Shown here one piece after another: positions 31,407-43,397 of a stretch of 64,000 nucleotides of DNA (position 1 is its first letter; each line of letters begins with the position of its first letter). The stretch is from Entomortierella parvispora E1425 (taxonomy: Eukaryota; Fungi; Mortierellomycota), in NCBI GenBank assembly GCA_020891255.1, contig BQFW01000005.1, positions 682,001-746,000 of the forward strand, given 5' to 3'. Both the position numbers and the translations under genes were made by a program. The notes under the pieces were generated by a model. The model had not been told where the DNA came from. It worked only from the letters and a program-made list of their open reading frames with translations, and searched no databases.

Positions 31407-34400
31407 TTAGCTTCCAATATAATACATGTTCAGACTGTGGACCTCCCGAGCAACACCCGGCCAGCCCATGGGGTCAAATCGGCCCTTGAGTTGTTGCTCC
31501 CATTGAAGAAGTTCATACATGAACAACAAGTTAGGCTGAATAATCACGCTCAGGCGGCGGGCTCGGACCATCAGGTAAGCGTCCACGAGAGAGAGATGAT
31601 AGTGGGCCATAAGGTACGCGATCACGATCGTGGCTGAGCGAGAGACACCTACGCGACAGTGGATCAGGATCCGACTATTGGCCCTCCGTGCTTCATCTGT
31701 TTTGAGAAAGGTACCATCATAATAGAATGATTAGATTAGATTCTGAGGAACTGGATGGAAAAGAAAAGAAAAGAAAAAAAAAAAACAAAAATAAAAAAAA
31801 AAGGATAACTTACCAACAAAGTCGACGCAGTTCTCCAAGTGTCGCCACAAAGAGTCCACGCCATTGTCATACATATCATCGACCAATTTGACCATAAACC
31901 GCTTCGGTTGGGTATGGGTGTCCAGCCTCTGTGGTTGACTTTCCACATCCATCATTGCATTTTTGTCCTGAGCGCCGTCGTCTACAGACGAGTATTCGGC
32001 GTCGGCCAGACCATGGGCTTCCTCGCCAACGCTGAGCACGTATTGAATCCCAAGACTCTTTAGCAGACCTGGGTTGGAGGCGTGGGCCAAATTGCCCAGG
32101 TACAGGAACGAGAGGATCCGAGAAGGAAATGAGCCTTCAAATTCTGGGTTATAAAACCAACTGAACGCCTGCTCATGACCCGGTTTCAGGAACGGGGGAA
32201 CCTCTGAATCTACGAATTCATCCTCGTCCAGTTCAATCTGAATAGCTTGCTGACCTTCACTCTCCCTGCTGCGCTCAATCCCTTCCATCGTGTCCGTCTT
32301 GGGGGGTAACGTAGGTTGCTGCTGTGGTTGTTGCTGCTGTTGTTGATTCGGAGCCGATCCAGAGGCGGAGGAACCATTCATATTCAACAGCGATGAAAAG
32401 AACGAGGACGAGGACGAGAGTGAAGACGAAAGCGAAGACATTCCTGAAGAGGACGAAGGTGGAGATGAGCCTGGTGAAGGAGATAACGAGACGCCCGAGG
32501 AAATTAGGGCAGCGTTTCCAGCACTGCTGCTCTTGACGACGGCTGCAGACTCTCCTGCTGTCGCGGAGGTAGTTATAGCCTTGGAGGACACTGAAGAGGA
32601 TGTTGAAATAGTTCGTTCGCGAGTTTGTTCACGCTGCTGTTGCTGCTGCTGTTGTTGCGCCGTGGCCAATTGGGCGGCCTCCCGTTCAGCCCGATCTTGC
32701 GCATGAATCCGCTGCCAGATCTGCTTCTCAACCTCCAGCATCATGATCGAATCATTAGGGTATACAAAAAAACTTCGGCCAAGATCGGTCTGGAGTTTGA
32801 GATAGGCCTCGGCCAGCGAGAGTCGGTAGTGAACCATGACCACAGCAAGAGCCAATAAAGCTGTTTCCGTGTAGCCATCCATGCAATGGATCAAGACTTG
32901 ATGAGCGTGGTCCCGGTGTTGTTGCTGCTGCTTTTGATTAGAATGGCGGCGACCCTTCAAGTTGTGTCCCTCATGCTCCGCGTTGATACTTGTGCTAGGT
33001 GAGGCAACAGACTGAACAAAAAAAGCCATGTTGATCAACTGCGTGACCTGGGACTGAAGGATGGACCGTGCCAACTGATGTCCTGATACTAGGTCCGAGG
33101 CCGTACTCCTTCTCACTGCATGGTTCGATGAGATGTCGACCGTGATTTGTCCTGCCAAGGAAGACAACGAGGAAATGGAGGGTGGGAAGAGTTCTGGATT
33201 GACACTGGACGTCAGTGTCCCAAGACATTCCAACTGAAAGATCTCTTTAACGGGAAGGGGTGCAGGTGTTCCACCGACATTGCCGCGAATTCGATCCAGT
33301 GTGAATTGAGTGGGCAGGTTATTTCCAGGTTTGCATTCCACACAGATCGAAGGATGAAAGTTTGTCTGGTCGTTGAAGGAGGGTGGTGTCAATGGTGGGT
33401 ATGCATTCTCATCCGGAGGAGGAGTCGAGGGTATAGCTATGGATGACGAGCGATTGGCAGTAGATGGGCCGTTCTTGTTGGGTATAGACGATGAAGACGA
33501 AGGAAAGAAATAGGAAGAGAAGGACGTTCCAGGTGTAACAGGCGAGACCAGCGAAGACGATGAAGACATGGACCTGTTATTGGTGACTTGAGGGACATCA
33601 GCGTTGTTACCAAGCTAAATATGATGATTGCAAAAAAAAAAAAAAAAAAAAAAAAGAGACGCGACGTGTTAGCAGAAAAAAAAAGGTTCCAGAAAATCCA
33701 CACGGCTGTGTTCTTTTCCCCTTGCTTGCGACTTTGTGTCGCGTGGGCGTGGGCGTGCATGAGATGGACCTGATGCAAAAGCTCCCTTTTTTTATCGTTC
33801 GGGTCAGTGCATCGGGCGCTTTGTTCTCGTGTCGCATTTGCGTGCCACTGCGCTCAGGATCAAGCTGAGATTGTTGCTCCCGCGCGTTCAAACATCAAGC
33901 TAAACTTGAAAGGAACTTACCCAGACACCAGGCGCGATCTCAGAGGCGCGCGTAAGAAGTGACATTTGTTCACGTTCCTGATCCCAAAAGTCAACCCTGT
34001 TCTTGGTGGCCTGTCCCGAACTCGATACTGCAACGAGTTCAGGAAACTTTGACTCAAATGACTGGAACGATTCTATGTCGGTGCAAGAGATCGAAGGAAG
34101 GGAGGAAAGAGGGGAAGGGGGGAGGAAAAAAAGGAAGCGTGAGCACCGACAATCACTCTCAAACAAACCGGCGATAGCACATGGGCAAAGATAGGTACAC
34201 AAAGGGCTTTTCCATTCATGCAAAAAAAAAAAAAAAAAAAAAAAAAAGGAAGCAAGGGCGAGCAGCTTGGCCCACAGCTCTTCCCGCCGTTGTCAAGCGC
34301 GTCGCTTTTCCCGTCAATATCATGACCTCGTTCCAAAACAAACAAACATCATCACCAAGAGCTAGCAACCACAACCACTCTTTCATTTTCCGTCCGTCCG

Positions 34401-35598
34401 TAACAAAATAAGAAAGCAGATCATCAGCAGTAATCCTTTCTCTTCGCGCTGTTTCTTCTCTCTTACCTGACAGCACGAATGTATGACGACGGGCATGGAT
34501 CGACAGCTGTGGGTATTGTTCCTTCATCTCTCTCCAGACCAAATCCTGAGCCTTCGAGATCTGCTGAGCCACAAGTATCAGGATCGGATCCCGTTCGCCG
34601 TCTTTGGTATAGAGGATCAGATCTGACAGCAAGGCGTACCGCGGCACCTGTATCTTGAAGTTCCGGATGTTGATCCCATCGCTCAAAGAGTGCAAAAACT
34701 TGCACTGAAGACGGTCTGCGAATGGGTTTTGGATGGGGTGCCTGTTTTCTGCATTTTGACTGTTGTTATTCTGGGAAGAAGATGGGGGAGCGAATGGGGA
34801 TGTGGTTGAGCCGACGGAAGAGTTGCTACTCGAGTCGTCAGAGATGTCGCTCCAATCAGAGCCACCTCCTTCTTGCTGCTGCTGCTGATCTTTTTGCTGC
34901 TGATGCACGGCCGATACTGCAGAGTATTGCTGGTGGATCTGCGGATGGTGGTTGATGTCGTGTGTGCTAACAACCGGCGCAACGACGACAGCATGTCCTT
35001 TAGCATCGATCGTGGCGGTCGTGGTTGTAGTAGTTGTTGTGGTCGCGATAAACATTGGCGTTGTCGAAGCTACGGGAGAGGATCGAGCGGAAGGAATAAC
35101 AGGTTGAAGAATCTCGGAGGGACCCACTGAGCCCACGAGTCGACCAGGGTCTAGTTCGTTGACATGAACAAACATCAGCCCCCGATGGTCTGGCAACGGC
35201 AGCTGTCCCGTAGTGGCCATCGGAGGGGTTTGTGCTGCACAGTCTCCTGCTTGACCTCCAGATGCAGCAAAGAACTGCTGAGGCTGCTGCTCCTGTTGCT
35301 GATGCTGGAGATCAATACCGAAGAAGTAGTTCTGAGCGCCGCTCGTGCCATCCACGCCATGCAGCCAGGGAAAGAGCATCCGGGACGGGAGCGGGGTCGT
35401 GACAGATTTCTGGTGGAGTTGGAACACCTGGTTGGCGTCGAGGGCTCGGACGGGCGGTTGAGAGCTCACGAGCGGAAGGGAGTCCAGCCCGCCAGCGTCT
35501 GGTCGAGAGGTCGAGATAGGAGACGGATACGGAGACGGAGAGGGCGGGGAGGACAGAGGATCTCTGAGGTCCGGAGGGATAGCGGAAGTGACCATCAT
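31407..35598 (-). CDS. PPS1: Dual-specificity protein phosphatase, Pps1-like, ~4 exons
   Basis: LFPWLHG, INIRNFKIQVPRYALLSDLILY, ASEIAPGVW, degenerate HCMDGYTET and FPSRILSFLYLGN. The last exon reads RILIHCRVGVSRSATIVIAYLM...VRARRLSVIIQPNLLFMYELLQWE. Confidence 0.88.
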
Positions 35599-36523
35599 CG
35601 AGTATTACCCAGAGTTGTTTGTGGACAAGGGGGAAAGAGCGGGAAAGATGAGATGAGCGACAGGGACGATGTCAACTGTCTGTCGAGAGAAGAATTGGAA
35701 TGCCACTCAGGTAGGCAATGGGATGGAGAAAGGGGGGAGGAAGATGCGCGATGCAAAGAGATGATGAGGATGGGAAGAAGAGGGACGGGAGGGGAGTGAG
35801 TGCACTGTTGCACCACTCACGTCTGCTCTGTTTCTTTGTCACTGTGTTCGCAGGGCGTTTTGCTGCTGCAGATGTTGTTGGGTTTGTGTTGTTGTGCCCA
35901 GGAGCAACTCACACACACACACTGCAGGTGCAGAGTGGGGTGCCTGTGCTGCCACCTGCCAAAGAACAGAGAGCAGAGCTGCAAGGCTGACAGCGCGTGG
36001 TGTTTGAGTTGGCAAGGCAAGCAAACAAACCCCATCCTCCTGTCCGCCCAGGGCGCTGGAAGGAAGTTAGAAGCAAAGAGCTCCTGTGAGCACAGAGGGG
36101 CGAATGGTCCAATAGGCGGTCGACTGTTTGGTCGCACACATGAGATGTCCAGGGCTGTCCCAGTTTCGATTTTGTTTTTGACATGCATGCAAGGCAACGA
36201 GGGTGCTGTGTTTGTTCAGTCATCAATATCCTGCAACAGGATTGAAGACCTACAACGTTTTCACCTTTCATCGCCGCCAGCTTGGGCGACGTCGGTCAGT
36301 GGAGGAGGCGGTACCTGGATCCCTGTGACCCTACACTGCTGATTGGCCACATTTGAAAGAAGAGGGAGCAACGGTCTCGCGTCTCAAGCTTCCCCACACT
36401 GTAGTCCGTGGGCGAGAGCATTTCTTCTGCACTCCGCCACTGAAGGTTCTTTCTAATTCTTTGTCTGCTCGCATCGCAATATATTTTCCTCATCATAATA
36501 ATTATTAATAACACCTTTCTAGA

Positions 36524-38412
36524 CTAATTCATAATGATCTTGAACTTTTCCTCACTTGGAACCTGGTTCATTACTGCCCGACCATCGTAGGACAGGGACA
36601 TAAATATCCAGGGATCGACACTGCTCCAAGCGACTTGATACACTGAATCCTCATGCTGATCGAATGCATGGACCAAACCGTCCGTTGGGGCACTTCAAAC
36701 AATGAAAGGTAGGGGTGTTGGTCGGTTAGTTAGATCGGGTTATTACTCTTGAGCAATTACAAACAAAACAAAAAGCCCTCTCTTACTCTTGTTGACCTAT
36801 TTCGGCAAGATCTTCTTCCTCTCCTTGAGAGTGATCATCCTCATTACGGTCATCATCGCCATACTTGTAATCAGCTCCTGTAGAGATCGATACAATACTC
36901 TGCAGGTTTACTTGACAATCTGAACTTGAGGTGAGCACCAGTTGATCATGGAATTTGTTATATGCCACCGACCATACCCTGAAAAATGATTGACAAAGTG
37001 TTAGCAGAAGAATATGACCAAAAATGACGACGACAAAAAAAAAAACAACAACTAATCATTTACCAGTGCGTATGGTCCTGAATAGTCATGATGGGACCCG
37101 TAGTTGTTTCTCGAACATCCCAAATCCTGACCTTACCATCGTCCCCCCCAGTGGCGATTTGAAAAGGCTTGTTTGGGTTGTAGTCAAGACAACGGATCAG
37201 GGCTGATTGCGAATCCTGAATCGTGAATGTTGGCTTTAATGAACTCAGGTTCCAGCCCTGAATCGATCGGCCGTACACAGCGACAACCTCTTGCGCGTGA
37301 GGGTTCATGACTGCACTTGAGAATTTGAAATTCGGATCAGGTATGGCGATTGATCCCGTCCGCTGTAAAGAAGTAGACCTCATATTGTGAGAAGGAGTTG
37401 AAAATTGTTGGCCACCAAAATGTGAATGTCAACATGACATGATTACGAACCTTGGCTGTGCCTTGCTTAATGTCAATGTCCCAAATACAAATCCGCGAAT
37501 CTTCTACAGAGATGACCTCGGTGCTGTCCTGCCAGATTACCCTATTGGAGATTAATATGTCGACCAGGTTAATTTGTTGAAAAATGGCACTCAGTTGCAG
37601 ATAGAGAGGCTGGACAGGCAAGCATACTTTTTGGTGGTTCCATCGCCAACATCCAAGGTGAGAACCAGTTCCAGTTCTCCTCGGGACTGATGTTGGTGCA
37701 TCCGCTCAAGATCAAAGTACTCTTCGCCCTTGTGCCCCTGTTTCATTCTCCACAACGATGCCGTGCTCTGCGACTTCTTGCCATCAATAACTAGTAAAAC
37801 AGCAGAGGTTTGTATGAGTATCATCATGAGCAATCCAGGTCACCTGTCCCTCTTCTTTTATATAGACCATTTTCAAGCAGCATTACCTTGTCTATGACAT
37901 GTAAAGAAAAGATCTGGATCCTCTTTGGAAGCCGAGATATCCCAGATCTCATGTGGATGACTGAATGTCGTTGCGCTGATCTCGAACATATCTTCGTCAA
38001 AAGTCAACAGGTGAATCTATCCGCACGATGAACATGCTCCCATTGTTAGTCCCGAAACTTCATTCGCTGACTGACTATCTTGGAATTGTCACCCTCTGGC
38101 TCAATCCAGTTTCGTCTCTCATGCATTCTCTCATTACCTCGTTTGGCTTCAGGAGTTCCTGTGTCCCAATGATGAACCTGCTTTTGCCATCATTCGACTT
38201 TATAGCAGCGAGGCAGCGTGTCTAGTTGCATTAAGAAAGCAAGCTTGGCTGGTCAATGGAGCTGTTGTCGTTTCAACCCTACTGCATTAATTGGTCCTGA
38301 TTTCCATTTAGCTAGAGGGCGACATGGAGCGACCGAAGCGCGTCCATGTTTTCCTCGGTGTTACCTGATGGCGTAATCCATAAGCGCATGAGCGATGTTC
38401 TGTTGCCTCCAT
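36524..38412 (-). CDS. EIPR1: WD40 protein EIPR1/TSSC1 (EARP/GARP interactor), multi-exon
   Basis: Spliced reading MEATEHRSCAYGLRHQ|TRCLAAI...RFIIGTQ|IHLLTFDED...HEIWDISAS|...IRCLDYNPNK...GGDDGKVRIWD|...AYNKFHDQLVLTSSSD. A last exon absent from the ORF track (36692-36524) reads FDQHEDSVYQVAWSSVDPWIFMSLSYDGR. Confidence 0.92.
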
Positions 38413-39533
38413 CGTTCGAGCTCTATCCTGAAGTCCCTTTGCGCCTTTGTGCTTGATTGCCGGTTCAGTCAATGGTGAGATGCAGTTTAAGGTCAAAAAA
38501 AAGAGGGTTCTCGCCCGTCACATCATTTTGTGCCTTTTTTTTTTTTTTTTGTTTCTTTTCAACATCTTCCTTTCACCAGATACCTAAAGAACGACTCGGC
38601 TATGGGAGTTGAAGGCCATCCACATGCAATAAGCTTCAAGCCAAACGACCATCTACTTTCACTTTTCCTAATATCTGAGCTTGCGTTAACGGAGTAGGCC
38701 TCGCTGAGATCTGTGGTCTGCGGCAGAACAGCAAGAGGGCCGATATCACAAAAGTGGCTTAAGGAACCACAAAGAAAACGGTGATGCAGCTGTTGGAGGA
38801 GCAAGAGGACATTACGACTATACAGTAGTCAGGTTGCACGACGCGTGTAGTAGTGTAGTTATTGCCTCGATGACTCAATCAGCACCCGGAGAGGGTACAC
38901 GAGAGAGGAGAAGGCGAGAAGGGTGGAGTGTATTCAATTGGTGTCCATTGAGTAGCGAGAAATGAGTAACGAGAAAGAGAGACAGCGAGAGTTGGAGCAA
39001 GAGTAGGAAAAGCAAACCAAAAAAGACGGCCCACCACTCATAGACGGGCATCCCCGGCAGCAGACGAGAGCGACAGGCCCCTCCAGAACCAAAAGCAAGC
39101 CAAACCCATTTTTGGAAGTTTCCCACACTCGCGGCGGTGTGTCTGCTGAGGCTGTCTGAGGTGGGGAGAAGGGATGCGGTAGTCGAGCACATGTATCCCC
39201 GTGGGCAGCCACGGAGGGAGGAACCCGACTCTGGGGGGTGGCTCTGGGGCAGACAGGCGAAGGGAAGGGTTGCTGGATGGGGGATGACAGGGTATAAAGA
39301 CGGAAGACAAAGAAAGAGGATCCTCTTCTCTTCTCTTCTCTTCTCTTCATTCTCTTCACCCACTCCTCTTCTCCCCTCTCTTCTCCTCTCTCCCCCTTTT
39401 TCGTTGTTGTCGTTCTTTGTACATTTGTCTTGTTGTTAGTTCGCAAACTCATCTCATTCCAGCCTTCCTTCTTTCATTCCAGCCTCATTTCCATCCCATC
39501 CATCTCAACCCCCCGTTGTAAATCTATATAATC

Positions 39534-41417
39534 ATGTCTTCTATGCTCCTCGGCCGTATTGCCCAGAACAGGACCACGCTCCTTCGCTCTACCGCCTCCA
39601 AGGCCGCGATCCGCTCCATGACCGTCCTCAACTACTCGTCCTCCTCAAAGATCTCGCCCAAGCACAAGGCCATCTTTGACCAGCTCGATCTCCAGTTCGA
39701 TAACAAGGGTGTTTTCAACGGCACCTGGGGTGGCTCTGGTCCCATTGTCGAGTCTATCAACCCTGCCGATGGATCTGTCATTGGTCGTGTCCAGACTGTA
39801 CGTTAAGCTCTGTCTGCATCGCTTTATTCTTCACGTTGGATATTTATCACAGGCTGACAAAACTTGTCTTTGCAAATTATAGGGTACTGTTGCAGAGTTG
39901 AACGAGACTCTCCAAAAGATGGAGGACATCAAGGTCATGTGGCGCGAGACCCCTGCCCCCAAGCGTGGAGAAATTGTCCGTCAGATGCGTGATGCCCTCA
40001 ACGCCAAGCTGGAGCCTTTGGGCGCCTTGGTCTCATTGGAGATGGGCAAGATCCTGCCCGAGGGAAAGGGCGAGGTTCAGGAGTACATCGACATCTGCGA
40101 CTATGCCCTCGGCCTCGGCCGTTCCTTGAACGGTCAGGTCGTGCCCAGTGAGCGCCCTGGACACTTTATGATTGAGCAGTGGAACCCTATTGGAACCGTT
40201 GGTGTCATCTCTGCCTTCAACTTCCCCGTAGCTGTCTATGGTACGTACGCCTTGTACACGCTCTCGCTGAGGTGTTTCTTTCCCGTGGGAATTTCCACCC
40301 CTTCCTGCCTTTTACGGTGATTAACTTTTGTACCTTTTTTTTTTTTTTTTTTTTTTTGACTTCTCTCTCGCTCCCTTCTGGATGACGAAACTGGCTTCCT
40401 CTAGGCTGGAACTCGGCCATTGCTCTCGTCTGCGGTAACCCCGTGGTCTGGAAGGGCGCACCCACTACCAACCTTTCCTCTATTGCTGTGACAAAGATCC
40501 TCGAGAAGGTCCTCGTCCAGAACGGCCTCCCCGGTGCTCTTTGCTCCTTGGTCGCTGGTGGTGCTGATGTCGGTCAGTCCATGGTCGAGGACGAGCGTGT
40601 CAAGCTCTTGTCCTTCACCGGATCCACCGCTGTCGGTCGCAAGGTCGGTGAGACTGTTTCCAAGCGTTTCGGCAAGTCGCTCTTGGAGCTCGGAGGTAAC
40701 AACGCCATCGTTGTCATGGACGATGCCGACTTGGACCTTGCTCTCCGCTCTGTCTTGTTCGCTGCTGTCGGAACTGCCGGTCAGCGTTGCACCACTACTC
40801 GTCGTTTGCTCCTTCACGAGAAGATCCACGATGAGTTTGTTGAGAAGCTCGTCAAGGCCTACAAGTCGATCCGTATCGGTGACCCCTTGGAGGCTGGTAC
40901 CTTGTGCGGACCCCTCCACACCAAGGCTGCTGTTGAGCACTACAAGAAGGGTATCGAGGCCGTCAAGGCCCAGGGTGGAAAGATCTTGACTGGAGGTGAG
41001 GTCTTGGATCGTCCCGGTAACTTTGTCGTCCCCACCATCACCAGCATTAGCGCCGATGCCGATGTTGTCCAGAACGAGATCTTTGTCCCCATCTTGCACA
41101 CCATGAAGGTCAAGTCGCTCGAGCATGCTATTGAGGTCAACAACTCTGTGAAGCAGGGTCTCTCTTCATCCTTGTTCACCCGCAACCCTGAGCACCTCTT
41201 CAAGTGGGTTGGACCCTCCGGATCAGACTGCGGTATCGCCAACATCAACTTGCCCTCGAGCGGAGCCGAGATTGGTTGCGCTTTCGGAGGTGAGAAGGAG
41301 ACCGGTGGTGGACGCGAGTCTGGTTCTGATGCCTGGAAGCAGTACATGCGTCGCAGCACCTGTGTCATCAACTACTCTGGACAGCTCCCTCTCGCCCAGG
41401 GCATCAAGTTCGAGTAA
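39534..41417 (+). CDS. ALDH7A1: Aldehyde dehydrogenase family 7 (antiquitin, alpha-aminoadipic semialdehyde dehydrogenase) with mitochondrial presequence, 3 coding introns or fewer
   Basis: [42 protein letters not shown], catalytic ELGGNNA and [41 protein letters not shown]. Confidence 0.95.
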
Positions 41418-41620
41418 AAAGACACCCCCACCCACATCCGCATGAATACCTAGATCATTTTTTGTTCCTTTTCACCCTTTGTCAATAAAACCACTTCATT
41501 TGTACAGACAGAAAACAGTAGCCAAGACCGATGTTGCAGTCAGAAGACTGATCTAGTTAGAGCGCCTATCTTGTGCTAAAAAAAAGTAGGGGCTTTGCAC
41601 TGCAGAGAAGAGTGGGTATC

Positions 41621-42679
41621 TCACAATCCAAAAAAGTTGATGTTGGCGCCAGTAAACTGTTGATACTGGGTCGAGGTTGTCCATTCGACGTAAGCGGGGA
41701 TAGTTTCGAGATGAGTCTTGACAGCCCAGATACCTGGGGTCAGTTCTTGCGAAATCTGAGGAGTATCGCCACCAAGGCGAATTAGATGTTCGACGATGGT
41801 GCCAGTCTTGATATCAGCCAAAGAGAGCTTTTTTTTGTTGTTTGAAAGAGCGAGAGAGAGAGAGAGAGAGAGAGAGAAGTAAGGAGGAGAGAGGGGTTCA
41901 TTAATTCTCTTGACATTGGAAGGTGGATTTCTCAAGAGATGGAGAAGTACAAGAATGAAAAGAGATGGGAGTTTTTACCTGATCGCCTACGTAGTGGCCG
42001 TTGGAGCCGTTGGCACGGAGATGTTTCTCATGATAGGCGATCCACTCTGGCAGCTTTGACTTTTTGAACCGTTCAAACAAAGCGGGCCGATCTGCTTCCT
42101 TGTTGGGTAAGGAGGTGATGCTGTGGATCAAGAACGAGATCAAGGCATGGGTAGAGCAAGTAAACATCTTGATCTGGTTCTCTTCCCAAAAGTTCTTGCC
42201 CAACAGCGACGAGGATCCCGAGAGAGCGCTTCTCTGGGCGAGGTATTGTTCAATCAAAGTGATCTCGGCCAATTCCAAGGTCTGGCCACAGGGGGTCTCT
42301 TCCCGCAACACAGGGACATGGCCAAAGGGCGTCAATCTCTTTTGCTTCATCCAATCCTACCACATTGACAACACAAAGGGGGAAAAAGAAAGAAGTAATT
42401 TCCAGTTTAGGGTCACAATTGAGCAATCGACACAATGCAGATCAGTATGGGAGGGCATTTGGGCAATCTCCTTACTGGAAAGCTCAGGCACGTAAACTTG
42501 TAGGGCTCGCCCAAGAGAATCAACTGGACGCGAAGACAGCCCACGAGGCCATGGAAGGGAAAGTAAACTAGGTTATGGACATTGGCCTTGCCCTGGATAA
42601 GATCGGTCAAGGCCTTGGAGTCAGCCGTCGTTTTCGTCCCGGCAACAGCCAAAGGAGCAGCGTCAACAGAGGTGGACAT
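41621..42679 (-). CDS. Glutathione S-transferase, multi-exon
   Basis: HNLVYFPFHG...RVQLILLGEPY, TPFGHVPVL, LAEITLIEQYLA, EKHLRANGSNGHYVGDQ|LSLADI (N-capping box). Confidence 0.88.
41852..41877. repeat. (GA)n microsatellite in the last GST intron
   Basis: Uninterrupted GA run of about 13 units. Confidence 0.9.
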
Positions 42680-43397
42680 TGTGTGTTTTTTTCAACAAGA
42701 GGGGGATAGATAAAAGGAATGGAGAGAAGAAAAGGGGTATAAAAAGGCTATTGTGCGATGGTTGGGGAGGGCTTTGTGATTGCTAAGATCACTGTTGGGG
42801 AAGATGTCCTTCCAGGTTCTCTCCCCCCCACTATTTATTTCAACAAGAATGGCTGGCTGGCGGGGAGACATCTGCCCCATTTTGGGCGAAGCCGCTCGAA
42901 TTAAACGGATAAAATTTTGCAAGTATTACCTTGTTGGGTCTCCGAATATCCGAGATGTTGGTCCATTTTGCGCAGCCAACAGAATATTTTTCATCAAACC
43001 TCAAGGCTGACATCAGTTTACTCTCAATGCCATTAGGTGAGCGCAGAAGAGTCGACAAGAGGGCGGTCATGATCTTGTTTTGTTTGCTTTTTATACTTGG
43101 CTTTGCAATGGACCCCCTGTTTGGAAGATCATTTTTAGTCAGCTTTGTCCTTTTTGAGGTACCCTCGGTATCTGCACCTGCCGGAGGCGTGTGGCTCTGA
43201 ATTGTCGAGCGGTTATGTCGTTGGAATCATCTTTAGTCTACGTTGAGATAGCATATCAGACCCTCCAATTGACAAGCAAGCGTTCGCCATCAAAGGCAAC
43301 CAAGACCATTCGTGACCATGTCAGTCAAGTGTGGTTGAGTTTTCTTTTTTTATTCACACATCCAAAAGGATGAAAGGAGGAGAGTGAGAAGATCGTC

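Noticed and set aside
36783-36785. TAA at 36783 as the EIPR1 stop
   Set aside because: It lies within a GTAAGA donor. A further exon (36692-36524) encodes the conserved HEDSVY...SLSYDGR C-terminus.
40401-41126. 241-aa antisense ORF over ALDH7A1
   Set aside because: Shadow ORF produced by strong codon bias on the sense strand.
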